In this document: piece by piece, positions 24,851-36,703 of the stretch
How the letters are laid out: each line of letters begins with the position of its first letter
How positions within the stretch are numbered: position 1 is the first letter of the stretch
DNA from: Camelus dromedarius
Lineage: Eukaryota
NCBI RefSeq assembly: GCF_036321535.1
Contig: NC_087447.1
Span: forward strand, 51,276,001 to 51,340,000
Direction of reading: 5' to 3'
Length of the DNA stretch: 64,000 nucleotides
Program-made: the position numbers and the translations under genes
The notes under the pieces: model-generated
Database searches by the model: none
Told to the model about the DNA's origin: nothing
The model's input: only the letters and a program-made list of their open reading frames with translations

Positions 24851-27024
24851 TTTTTCTTTTTCATAGCAACCTATTCTTACTTTGTGGATGCACGATCTCC
24901 TGTGAGGATACTAACTATATGATTCTTTTAAATTTGTTTGTTTGGTTTTTTGGTTGGTTCCCCTGAGCCATCTCTGCCTCCTCCAGTATTATTATTTCAT
25001 CTGCTGGTTTATTTTGTCCTTTATGTCTAGTCATCTTTGATTGTTTATAGATGCTTGAGAATGAGGAGAGAGGAGAGCTTCCTCTGACTTCTGTGTGAGA
25101 GGGTGGTTGGGAGGCTGAAAGCTTTGTTTCATAATGAGCAGGCAGAGAACCAGCCATTATATTTGGAAAGCCTAACAGCCAGACACAGAGGATAGTCCTA
25201 ATTCATTCTGTTTCTTTAGAATAAATCACTCACTTTCTTCCAAGGTTTGAGGGAGGATCCTGGCACCCAGACCCTCTGCACAGTGTTGGGATGGGATTAA
25301 GGTTTCAGCTCTATAGCTCACTTCTGTCATAAGGGCAGTGGTGGCAAAAACACTGAGAGCACAACATGAACAACCTCCATAACTACTTGCTCCTAAGCTC
25401 ATCTATTTGAAGAGATCTATCTTGCCATTTTCCTTTCAGCATGTGAAGGTAAATATCAGTGAGAGCTACACCTCTGGAAATTTGCTCGAGGGCTGGTCAG
25501 TGCCCTGGGCCTCAAGGCCCTTCCTCCTCCATATGCTCACAGCTTAGAAAACACTTCTCATCGTTCATCTTACAAAAGTGTGTGAGCAAGGCGCAAAGAC
25601 TTGACAAATACCAATGCCATATTTTTAATTTTTAAAAACTGGGTCAGTCACAGATCTGAATAGCACCAAAACACAGCTGCTTTCAAGTTTTTTTTTCCCC
25701 CTGACAACAAGGTCTAATTATAAGCTGCAAGAACAACTAAATCAGAAGTGTGCATGTGATTACAATATGAGCATCAACTTTGGCAGATGAATTTTGCATT
25801 GACTATATGGGTCCCAGTTCAGAGCCTCCAATTTGACTTTGAAACACAGAGTCCTAAATCCATAGAGTTTGCAATTTGCAACATGCATAACAAGGTGGGG
25901 TGTTCCACCATCATCCCAACACAGAGGCCAGGTCAAACTGGTTCTGTCCAGTCTCACTTTGACAAGGGTGTAAGGTTATTCCTTCAGGATTTTATAACCC
26001 CTCCAGGACTTTATAACCCCTCCAGGAGGCCATATCCCCTCACCTTATGTTTTGGGGCTGACAAGAGTCAATGTTGCTAATATGTGAAAGGTCAGATGGA
26101 GAAGGAAAGCTTGCCAAGACCTCCAGGGCAAAAGAACTCATTCCAACAAATCAGATGCTCAGGGACAGCCCAATTCTGCAGGTAGAACATGGTCCACTCC
26201 AGGCAGCAGCACGAAGGACAGCTGATCACCGAAGCGGTTCCCACATCATGGTTCCTTCTCCCTCCAACCCTTCCTAACCACCTCCACCCATTTCAGGTTT
26301 CTCCACCTCTTCCTCTTCTGTGGTCCATGCTGAGGGCCACCCCCACTTTCTTCTCCTCCTACTCTGGCCTGTGGTCATTTATCTGGTCTCAGCAGGAAAA
26401 GCTGCAAGGTTGCCAACCAAACCTTATGTGTGGAGCAGTATTTCTAGCCTTTGTAGGTGGTGATTCATGTCTATCAGACAGGCCAGGAGCAGAACTAACA
26501 GGTTTGATACCTCAGTGGTACTGGTAGGGCATGGTTAGGGAAGGGAAGACTGCATCTTCTTTTTTTTTAAAGATTCCCTGCTTTAATAAACTTTCTAAAT
26601 TAATTGACCAACTTCTAGTTCAGACAAAGGCCTCCTACTATACTATAACTAGCCACAGTTCACGGAGCACTGGTGAGTATCCATACTGTCTTACTTGCTT
26701 TTCATTATTTCTATTCCTTTCATCATTCGTGCAAGGTAGGCACTTGTATCTGCATGTTATAAATAAACTGAGGCTCCCAGAGGCTGATTACCTCACTCAG
26801 GACAACCTTGCAAGTTAAATAATGGATTAAGAATTTGAGTATTAGTCATTCCCACTGGCAGACTAAGAAGAGACTGTGTGTAGGGTCAGACAGACGGGCT
26901 ATCACGACTAGAGTCTGTGATAGTAACACAAAGAAAGCGTTGAAGAAAGGCCTGCCTGCAATTCCTTGGCTCATAGGTTAGCTGTGTGCCCATCACATTC
27001 CTACTTACTCATATTTTCACCTAC

Positions 27025-27255
27025 TAGAAACTAACATTTATTAGGTAGTAACTATACACCAAGTACTGTGCTGGACACTTGACACTTCATCTCATCTGCT
27101 TCTTATTACCTTCTATGAAATGAGAATCATTACCCCTGCTCTCCTGATGAGGAAATTGATACTCAGAGTTATTATGTAACTTTCCTGGGGTCAAAGAGCC
27201 ATGATTTGAACCCAACCTGGAGAAATTCCAGAGCCTGCTCCATGTGGCCTCCATG
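27025..27255 (-). mobile_element. MIR
   Basis: AACATTTATTAGG..TACTGTGCTGGACACTT..GATGAGGAAATTGATACTCAGAG..GATTTGAACCCA. Confidence 0.7.
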
Positions 27256-28849
27256 ATTTGCAATCTGGTCCTCCTGAAGCCATTCCAATGACTCCTTTAG
27301 GCTTCAGGACAAATCATTTAGTGACTATATATAAGAAAGATGTAGCTGGAAAGATTCTGTGCTGATGCAATCCAGGCCCTCAGGATGAGTTATTAAAATG
27401 CTGAGAACTTAGATGACATAATGGTGCCAGTGTCTGAAAACATCTAGAAGAGTTTCCATTTACATTTGTGAAAATCTGCTTCCCCTCACCACTGGCAAGT
27501 GCAGCCAAAAGCAGGCAGTCAGTCTGTGCCAGGCTTTGGCTTCTGGAGGCAGGGACTATCTCGTTCATCTGTTTCCATAGCCCCCAGCGTAAGAACAAGC
27601 ACACTGTAATTTTTGCGGTTTGTTGAGTACTTACCACAGGCCAGATAACCTCATTTAATTTCTAAGACAATGCTGCAAGGTGAATATTATTATCTCCATC
27701 TCACAGATACAGACTCTAAGGCTCAGAGAGATTAAGCAACCTGCCATGAGTCCCAGAACCAGTAACATTCAGACTACCTAAGCAGGCTTCCCAGAGGAGA
27801 TCAATCTGAAGGATGAGTTTGAAGGAGGAAAACATGAGAAAAAGTCTTCTAATTAGCAGCTGCAGGCCCAGTCAGAGAGACACAAAAGAGCATGGTCTTG
27901 CTCATACCTAATTCAATAGCAATCAAGGTTTTCCAAAACGTTCAATTCAGTTTTCATAGAAATGATAGCTCAATCTCTCTTTACACTCATATTTCATAGG
28001 TTTACAATTTAATTAAATTATACCATGTGTGCCTGGCAAAAACTGGTTAGCAAACATTAACTCCTGGCAAGCATCTAACTCAAGAGGTGCTGAGTTATTT
28101 AACTTCTTCATGCCACATTTTTCTCACCTGTAAAATGGCGCTGTTATAAGAATTTGATAAATTACATAAAAAGCTAAAAAAGATAAAAAGCTTGGCAAGC
28201 ATTCGATAAATGTTTGGGTGCAGGAACACAGAATTACGTCTTCTTTGACAAGTTTTCCAGAAGGAATGGAAAGCACTGGTTAATTCCTTAATCCCATGAG
28301 TTGGTTACATGGAGGTACTTTAAGAGCTTCTCCTGCATTGGGGTGGTTTTATCAGATAAAAACGCCTGTTAGGGATAATAGAAAATCTCCCCCACCTCCA
28401 AATACTGCCTTCCCTTCCCTGGTTTTCTAATTAAATGTGCACTGTGTCCTAAGGAAACCTGACACATACCTTATCTAAGAGCCTTGTTGTCCACAGGTCT
28501 GGTCTGAAGGCAGGAAACAGAACAAAAGAAAGTCGCTCCTTCTTCAACATTTGAATGGCTGCCACAAAAATAAATAACATCCTTTTTATTCTCCCAAAGG
28601 GACACTTACTTACAATGAGTTTCTTAATCTCTCCCCTACTACAGCAGATATATTTTCAAAAGTATCAGGTTGCAAAGCAGATACAAATTCCAAGACCTCT
28701 GCTGTGAATAAAATGTGCCACACTCTGGTGATAGAGGACTCCCACTGTTGGCTCCATTTCCCAGTCACCAGCTGCCAGTCATGAGCATCTCAGACAGGCT
28801 GCACCTCTAGGAGAAAAGCTGGAAGGTAAGGTCCTTGAGAGAAATATGA

Positions 28850-29090
28850 AAGAAAGAGCCAAGGCTTTGGAAGCAGACAAGATTGGATACAAATTCGTGC
28901 TCTGCCACTTGCTAGCTGTGTGAACTGGGCAAGTCACTTAACCTCTCCGAGCCTCAGTTCCTTCAACTATACAAGAAATAATCTTTGCTACATTAAATCC
29001 TCAAAAATATTTAGTATGTTAAAGCAGGAATGTACCTAGCACAGGGCTGGGCACACAGTAAGCAGTCAGTGAATGGCCATTATTATTGAT
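28850..29090 (+). mobile_element. MIR
   Basis: GGCTTTGGAAGCAGACA..CTCTGCCACTTGCTAGCTGTGTGA..GGGCAAGTCACTTAACCTCTC.GAGCCTCAGTT. Confidence 0.85.
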
Positions 29091-29129
29091 TATTCTCCAG
29101 GATAACTCCAACATTGACCTTTCATATAA

Positions 29130-30630
29130 TGAAGCTCTAGAATATGGTGGTTAATAGCCAAGCTAGCTGGGTTTTAATCCCAGATCTTCTACTTCTGAAC
29201 TGGGTAAACTGTGGCAGTTCCATTAACTTTTCTGTGCCTCATTTTCCCTATTCTAAAATGGAAAAAGTAAGACTTAAACGTAAGACAAGATACAATAAAC
29301 CTCCTAGAAGAAAACATAGGCAAAACATTATCTGACATACATTTCAAAAATTTTCTCCTAGAAGAAATAAAAGCAAGAATAAACAAATGGGACCTAATGA
29401 AACTTACAAGCTTCTGCACAGCAAAGGAAACCAGAAGTAAAACAAGAAGAAAACCTACGGAATGGGAGAAAATCTTTGCAAGTGAAACCGACAAAGGCTT
29501 GATCTCCAGAATATATAAGCAGCTCATACGACTCAATAAGAAAAAAATAAACAACCCAATCCAAAAATGGGCAGAAGACCTAAACAAGCAATTCTCCAAG
29601 GAAGACATACAAATGATCAAAAAGCACATGAAAAAATGCTCAATATCACTAATTATCAGAGAAATGCAAGTCAAAACTACAATGAGGTGTCACCTCACAC
29701 CAGCCAGAATGGCCGTCATTCAAAAATCCACAAATGACAAATGCTGGAGAGGCTGTGGGGAAAGGGGAACCCTCCTACACTGCTGGTGGGAATGCAGTAT
29801 GGTGTAGCCACTATGGAAAACAGTGTGGAGATTCCTCAAAAGACTAGGAATAGACTTACCATATGACCCAGGAATCCCACTCCTGAGCTTGTATCCAGAA
29901 GGAAATCTACTTCAGGATGACACCTGCACCCCAATGTTCATAGCAGCACTATTTACAATAGCCAAAACATGGAAACAGCCTAAATGTCCATCAACAGGTG
30001 ACTGGATAAAGAAGAGGTGGTATATTTATACAATGGAATACTACTCAGCCATAAAAACCGACAACATAATGCCATTTGCAGCAACATGGATGCTCCTGGA
30101 GACTGTCATTCTAAGTGAAGTAAACCAGAAAGAGAAAGAAAAATACCATATGAGATCACTCATATGTGGAATCTAAAAAACAAAAACAAACAAACAAACA
30201 AAAACAAAGCGTAAATACAGGACAGAAATAGACTCACAGACAGAGAATACAGACTTGTGGTTGCCAGGGGGGTGGAGGGTGGGAAGGGATAGACTGGGAT
30301 TTCAAAATTGTAGAATAGATATACAAGATTACACTGTATAGCACAGGGAAATATACACAAAATGTTATGATAACTCACAGAGAAAAAAATGTGACAATGA
30401 GTGTGTATATGTCCATGAATGACTGAAAAATTGTGCGGAACACTGGAATTTGACACAACATTGTAAAATGATTATAAATCAATAAAAAATAAATAAATAA
30501 ATAAAATGGAAAAAGTAAAGAACCTATCTCAAAGAGTTGTAGTAAGAATTAAATAAGTCAGCACATGTCAAATGTTTAGAATAGTGCTTGGAACATATTA
30601 AGCACTATGTAAGCATCACCTGTTAGTATT
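29130..30630 (+). mobile_element. MIR split by the young L1 (halves ~29130-29270 and 30503-30630)
   Basis: TCTGTGCCTCATTTTCCCTATTCTAAAATGG | ACCTATCTCAAAGAGTTGTAGTAAGAATTAAAT..TTAGAATAGTGCTTGG. Confidence 0.75.
29271..30502 (+). mobile_element. Young 5'-truncated L1 (~1.23 kb); ORF2 C-terminus open 29271-30176 except one stop
   Basis: Perfect TSD AAAATGGAAAAAGTAA at 29255-29270 and 30503-30518; ORF2 peptide [18 protein letters not shown]...[18 protein letters not shown]...YHMRSLICGI; AATAAA and (TAAA)n tail. Confidence 0.97.
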
Positions 30631-30859
30631 GTATCATAACTGCCTCTAACGGTAGACACACTGAAACAAGGATTATCTTTCTTTCTTCTATCTCCAGGGT
30701 GTCAAAGTGACTGCAACAGCTTAATAAATGTTAATGGAATGAATGAAGCAATTCACATGCCATGCTAATCAAGACTTTCCCTGGAAATGCACTAACCCAA
30801 TTCAAACTAACTAAGGAAGAGAAAAAGGCAATTTATTGTTGCTTATATTTAAATTATCC

Positions 30860-31270
30860 AGGGGTTACTGTTGTTTCGAGCACACTTAGAACCAAAGGCT
30901 CAAGTAAGGAGGGCTTTCTTTTCAACTGTCTCCAGTGCTTCTGTTTTGTTGGCTCTCTCCATGTGAAGGGCACTGTAGCCACCAGCAACCCAAGCTGCAC
31001 AGCCAGCCATTTTATCATCTCAATGCTTTTTCTTCAAAAGACCTGGGTGAAAAATTATGGGTGTATTTTAATGTCGGTGAAAAATTATGGGTATATTTTA
31101 AGCTATGTATTAAAGTCTGTGGTCAAAGAAGTGGGGTAATCCGATTGGCTAGGTCTGTTCATCCCATGCAGAAGAATCTGTCCATGCAAACAGATTTCCT
31201 CAAAGTAAAAAATATTCTAAGGAGAAGGGGAAATGGATGCTGGGCAGGCAAAAACACCAGTTGCCCTGAC
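30860..31270 (-). mobile_element. MaLR LTR (MLT1K/L-like)
   Basis: GCCACCAGCAACCCAAGCT; GATTGGCTAGGTCTG; GAAGGGGAAATGGATGCTGGGCAGGCAAAAAC. Confidence 0.6.
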
Positions 31271-31568
31271 ATAGGCCAAAAAATGGCTGTCCTCATTAGT
31301 CCTTAACCATTCCAGGCAATAAGAATCTGCTCAGTTTTAATAGGTCTTTAAAGAAAAATATGTTAATCTTTATAAGTAATTATTTGCAGATTTCAGCCTC
31401 CTCACATGAGACTCTTCCTCAAATCCAATCTAACCTAAATTCCTTTTGTTTCTATTCAAGGTATGTTTCTTTTTATTTGTCTTCTTCTTTGTAGAAATTA
31501 AAAAATACAGCTAGGCAAGGACTTTTCTCTATAATCCAGTCTGAAGATGTTTTGAGTAGGAATTATTT

Positions 31569-32198
31569 TGTAACTGAGCAGGACCCTGTGGAGCCCTCCT
31601 GGGACAGCCCCTCCCGTGCCTTCTGCCTGCCACTTGTCTGTAGAAAAACTTTAGCTTCCTAGGTCTTCCCCAAATTCCAAAGAATAAATTTAACCAGAGA
31701 GGTGAGAAAATACAGAAAGAAAGGAAAACAGTCAATCAAGACAAAACAATAATAGTTTAGCCATTAAACAAAGTCAAGGAACTTCAGTTCCTCCCCAAGG
31801 GCTATAGATAATATTCTGAGCCATATTGTTTGAGCTGTTTTGCAGATACTGAAACCCCCAGGAGGTGGAAGAAGGTAACTGTATGCTGCCCGTAAGCAAA
31901 TTGACCCAGACTGTTGGAACCAGAAGGTTGATGATGTTGCTCTCAATTACCTCACCACCAACCAATCAGAAGAATGTCCATGAGCTGATCACACACCTCA
32001 CAGACCCCTCTCTCATCCTGTCTTTAAAAATCTTTCCCTGAAAGCCATCAGAGAGTTCAGGACTTTTAAAGCACTAGCTGCCTGGTTTCCTTGCTTGATG
32101 CCCTGCAATAAATTCTGCACTTTCCTTCACCAAAACCCAGTGTCAGTAGGTTGGCTTCACTGTGCAAGGGCAAGCCGACCAAGTTTGGTTCCGTAACA
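31569..32198 (+). mobile_element. ERV1-class solo LTR (630 bp)
   Basis: TGTAAC...GTAACA termini; 4-bp TSD ATTT/ACTT (one mismatch); CCAAT (~31962), TTTAAAAA (~32023) and AATAAA (~32108) in LTR order. Confidence 0.85.
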
Positions 32199-33520
32199 AC
32201 TTCATCAATACGGTGATACCTGGAGTAGTACAGCAAGAAGAGTCCGGAGGGAAACAAAACTGTGATCAATTAGTGTGATCTGCCTGCCCCGGGTTCTGGA
32301 ATGGAGAGTGGTCACACACTTAGCTGCATTCACATCCTTGATTTTTTTAATCCTTCATCTGAAAAAAAAAAAAAAAGAAAGAAAGAAAGAGTCTTCTTTC
32401 ACCCAGCACCCTTACTCAAACAGGGCAGGCAAGGAGGAACTGTCAGGAGAAGTGGGATAAGGGTAACATGCTTGTTAAATTCTTCCAAGTTCCCCTTTAA
32501 ATCTTGAGATCCACTGACAGGACCAAAAATTATTCCTCAGTGAATCAGCAAGGACACTGAGTGTGATTAGCAGTTTTTGGATGCAAAAGAACATTGCAAA
32601 CCACTCTACCCTGCTTGAATGTGCTGAGGTGCCACCCCAGGTGTTAGCAAAAAAGAGATGTGTGAGAGAAAGAACTGTTACACCCACCAACAGCCCTTCC
32701 TTCCACCACGATCACATCATCCAAGGTGTGATCACTGACACTGGAGGTGCTTTTACTGCATAGTGTGAACTGACAAATAAAAAACAGCAAGTTAGTCTCT
32801 TTTGCAAAACCTTTTTCTATTTATTTGTTCCATTGGCATTCAAGAGCTAGGCTGAATTGTCATCCAGAAGATTTCTATTTTGCCTTTCTGTGAAAGTATT
32901 TTAAAGCAAACCCCAGAACTCATGTTATTTCTTCTCTATATACTTCATTTTGCATCTCTAAAATACGAGTACTTTCTTATATAACCACATTGCCAGTAAC
33001 ACACCTAACAAAAGTAGTAACTCCTTGATACCACCCCAATCTTAGGACATTTTCAAAATTCCCTAATATCTAAAGAAATATATATTTTTTACAGTTGGCT
33101 CATTAGCATCAGGATCCAGGTGAAGTCCATGCATTGCATTTGGTGGCTATGTCTTTTGAGTCTTTTAAAATTCTAGAACAGTCTCTCCCCACCTTGCCCC
33201 AGCTTGTTTTTCATATTATTGACTTCTTGATGAAACTAGTTTAATTGTTGTATAGACTGTCCTATATTCTGGATGTATCCATTTATGTCCTTCTGGCATG
33301 ACTTAAACTTCAGCCTCTACCTCCGCTAACCTTCATGTAAACTAGAGGTTAGTTCCAAAAGGTTTGTTAGATTCAGGTTCTGTTTTCCATAAGAGGGCAT
33401 CTCAAGAAGCACATATTGTCTGATGGTCCCGCTCTTAGTGAAGTTAAGATTGATCAGCAGATTCAGATGGTGTCAGCTAGATTTCCTCACTGCAAAGTTC
33501 TCCATAAGCTGTTTTGTCTA

Positions 33521-34229
33521 GGGAAGGCCCAAGATGGCCAAGTGGGAAGACCCTGAGCTCACCTCCTCCCATAGGCATACCAAAACTGCAACTATTTACA
33601 GAGCAATTGTTGATGAGAACTACTTGAAGACTAGAAGAAAAGATCTTCTACAATTAAAGATATAAAGAAGGAACCACAATGAGACAGGTAGAGGGGATGG
33701 AATCACAGTATACTCAAGCTCCACACCCCAGGTAGGCAACCCACAAATGGGAGGTTAACTACAACTGCAGAGAATGGGTCTGAGCCTCCGCCCAAGGATC
33801 CTGCAACAAAAAGACAGGACCCCAGAACATTTGGCTTTGAAGGCCAGAGAGGCTTACTTTCAGGAGAGCCAGAGGGCTGTAGGAAATGGAGACTCTGCTC
33901 TTAAAGGGTGTGCACAAAACTTCACATGCTGCAAAATGCAGAGACTCTACCCCCAGCAGGCCAGCTGCGTGGTTAGCTGCTTGGCCTAGGAAATCCCAAG
34001 ACCAAGTGGTAGGCAGGTCCAGGTCCTGAGGTGATAAACTAGAGGGAAGACTCCAAAATGGCACTTGCCAGCACTGGTGGCCTCATGATAGAATGAGCTC
34101 CCAAAAAAGTGATGGAAGGGAAAAACCTACAACCTCTACACTATCTGGCAAGGCTATCATTCAGATTTCAAGGAGAGATCAAGAGCTTTACAGATAAGCA
34201 AGAGCTAAGAGTCAGCACCACAGAACCAG
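33521..34229 (+). mobile_element. Rearranged L1 insert: 5'UTR start (sense), inverted 5'UTR piece, ORF1 C-terminal piece
   Basis: Starts GGGAAGGCCCAAGATGGCC; ORF1 peptide VMEGKNLQP.HYLARLSFRFQGEIKSFTDKQELR from 34109; ~29-bp flanking duplication. Confidence 0.75.
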
Positions 34230-35093
34230 CTGTAAAGTTCTCCATAAGCCGTTTATCTGATGTTTTCATTCTTTATCGATCTTTGCCTTAATCAGTTATA
34301 TCATTAGGATTGGAAAATGGTGATGTTTCTAATTCTGTCATTCTATCCACAATTATTAGCTGGGAACTGTCTGAAAAGAAGAATTTTTCCTCACTAATTA
34401 GGGGTATTTGGTCACCCTGAAATGCAGATTGAATTGGAAAAGCAGGGAAACAGTTACTTATTTCCCTTAAATTCCCAATTTTCAGAACAAGGTGTGTTAC
34501 CTATTTACCATTAATGTTATCCAATGACTTTGTTAATTTTTTGTTAGGACACTCCTTCATCCCACCTATCCACGCACTCATTAGGTTTTTAAATATGTAT
34601 TTTAATCAAATTCCATCACTACTTTTTTGCATACTTAATATATCTCATCTTTGGCCAACTGGAGCCCCTTCATGTTGGCACTTGAGTCCTTTTGATTAAA
34701 CCCACCCATCTTTGATAACATCATAGGTTTTGGTTCAGCAAGTTGTACAAGCCTTTTCTTGTACACATATTGCCCCAGACTTGAAATCAGCCATCCATGA
34801 TCCTAGTGCCTTTAAAAGGGGAATGTCATTTAGAGACCACAGTCTGGGCACTAGAGGCTGTCCATTGCCCTTGGGGGTTTAATTCTTCTAAGCCTTTCTG
34901 AAAAGTACAGAAATAGGACATAATTTTGAAAAGAAAAAAAATCATAAGCATATACTGATATTTCTAATTCAAATTAATATTAAGATGTACTTACATTAAT
35001 GCCTTTAATTTTATATTTCTCTTCTCTTACAGTGAAAATCTTGGCTCCAACATTAACATAATTATTACTTAATGGTATATACATATATATATA

Positions 35094-35121
35094 TGGTGTA
35101 TATATATATATATATACACCA
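35094..35121. repeat. 28-bp perfect palindrome TGGTG(TA)9CACCA
   Basis: Read directly from sequence. Confidence 0.9.
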
Positions 35122-35398
35122 CTATATAAAAAACTAGTTTCAAATTACTAAAGTAAATATTAGTTTCAAAATACTAATATAAAGACTTCTACTAGCAATA
35201 TAACTATTGAATGAAGTGATCTCTTTGCAGCTCTCTTCACCCTTAAATATTCCACTATGTATGTACAGCAAATGTACCATGTTGGAGAATCACTTGAAAT
35301 CCCTGTCTTCTCTGTGCAGCAACATTAACTCAATATACAGTTAGATTCATTGTTTTCACTTGCCCTAAGAGCAAAAGTGGCAATTTCTGTGCCTGAAC

Positions 35399-35436
35399 TA
35401 TATATATATACATATATATATATGTATATATATATA
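35399..35436. repeat. 38-bp perfect palindrome (TA)6C(AT)6G(TA)6
   Basis: Read directly from sequence. Confidence 0.9.
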
Positions 35437-36135
35437 TCTCCACCCTTTCTTATAGAAAGGATAGCTACTATATATATTTTTCTCCACTTTGCTTTTTTCA
35501 CTTATATATTCTAGAGATCATTCCTTCTCCTTCATTCAGGTGCATGAATGCATGTATTGATGTACCAAGATTTTTATTCAACCAAACCTCATTACAAAAC
35601 ATCTGGATAGTTTCCAATCTTCTGCTATTAAAAATAATACCTCCACGAATAACCTTTTGAGTATGTCATTTCATATTTTATCCTAGTCCATATTTTAATT
35701 AGTAGGTATAAAGCCACCCTATCTATAAGAGACCACTCCATGCCACACCTAGCCCAAGTTATTCAGTCTGGTGGACATTTGTCCTGGTCTTTGGGTACTT
35801 AGGGTCTGTGGTCTAACAAAAATAACTGGGTCCCTAGGGGCCCAGGAGCTCTTTTGCAGGAAACCCCTTTGAAAACACTCTGTCATAAGCAGTAGAGAAT
35901 GTTTTCCCAACTGCTAGAGAAGAAGAAGAAAGACAGATGCTGGTGGTGGGGAGTAGGTCAGCAGTGGCCCAGCAGAGCTCTTGGGGTCAACAGAGCAGAA
36001 GGATGGTGAGGCCAACAGACAGAATGGAGAGACTAAATGTCACCCTCACTCCGAAGGCTTCTCAACTGAATAATTGGGGCATGAGATCTTGAGGAAAAAA
36101 AAACCAATTTCTAGATAATCAAGTAGATGGGTCTA

Positions 36136-36703
36136 CCAATGATCACAGCAGCACTATTTATAATAGCCAAGACATGGAAACAACCTAAATTTCCATCAAC
36201 AGAGGACTGGATAAAGAAGATGTGATATATATAGACAATGGAATACTACTCAGCCATAAAAAGAATAAAATAATGCCATTTGCAGCAACATGGAAGGACC
36301 TGGAGATCATCATTCTAAGTGAAGTAAGTCAAAAAGAGAAAGAAAAATACCGTATGATACCACTCATATGTGGGATAGAAAAAAAGAAAAAAGAAGACAC
36401 TAATGAACTCATTTACAAAGCAGAAACAGACTCATAGACATAGTAAATAATCTTATGGTTACCAGGGGGGAAAGGGGGTGAGAAAGGATAAATTGGGAAT
36501 TTGAGATTTACAAATATTAATTAGTATATATAAAATAGATAAACAACAAGTTTCTTCTGTATAACACAGAGAACCATATTCAATATCTTGTAGTAACCTA
36601 TAATGAAAACAAACATGTATGTACACATATGACTGAAACATTGTGCTGTATGCTAGAAATTGACACAACATTATAAACGGACTATACATCAATGAAAAAA
36701 AAA
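36136..36703 (+). mobile_element. Lineage-specific 5'-truncated L1 (~570 bp)
   Basis: KNKIMPFAATWKDLEIIILSEVSQKEKEKY peptide; A-tail; degenerate TSD AGATGGGTCTA / AGATGGGATCTA. Confidence 0.92.

Larger units (their letters stand above)
32880..35670 (-). mobile_element. Old L1MC4-like 3' region, host of the 33521-34229 insert
   Basis: AGTATTTTAAAGCAAACCCCAGA; CAGGATCCA..GCATTGCATTTGG; homologous to 40885-41750 and 62130-64000. Confidence 0.7.

Noticed and set aside
29189..29674. 161-aa minus-strand ORF
   Set aside because: Antisense frame of L1 ORF2; similar hydrophobic antisense ORFs recur at 53580-53984 and 56435-56704.
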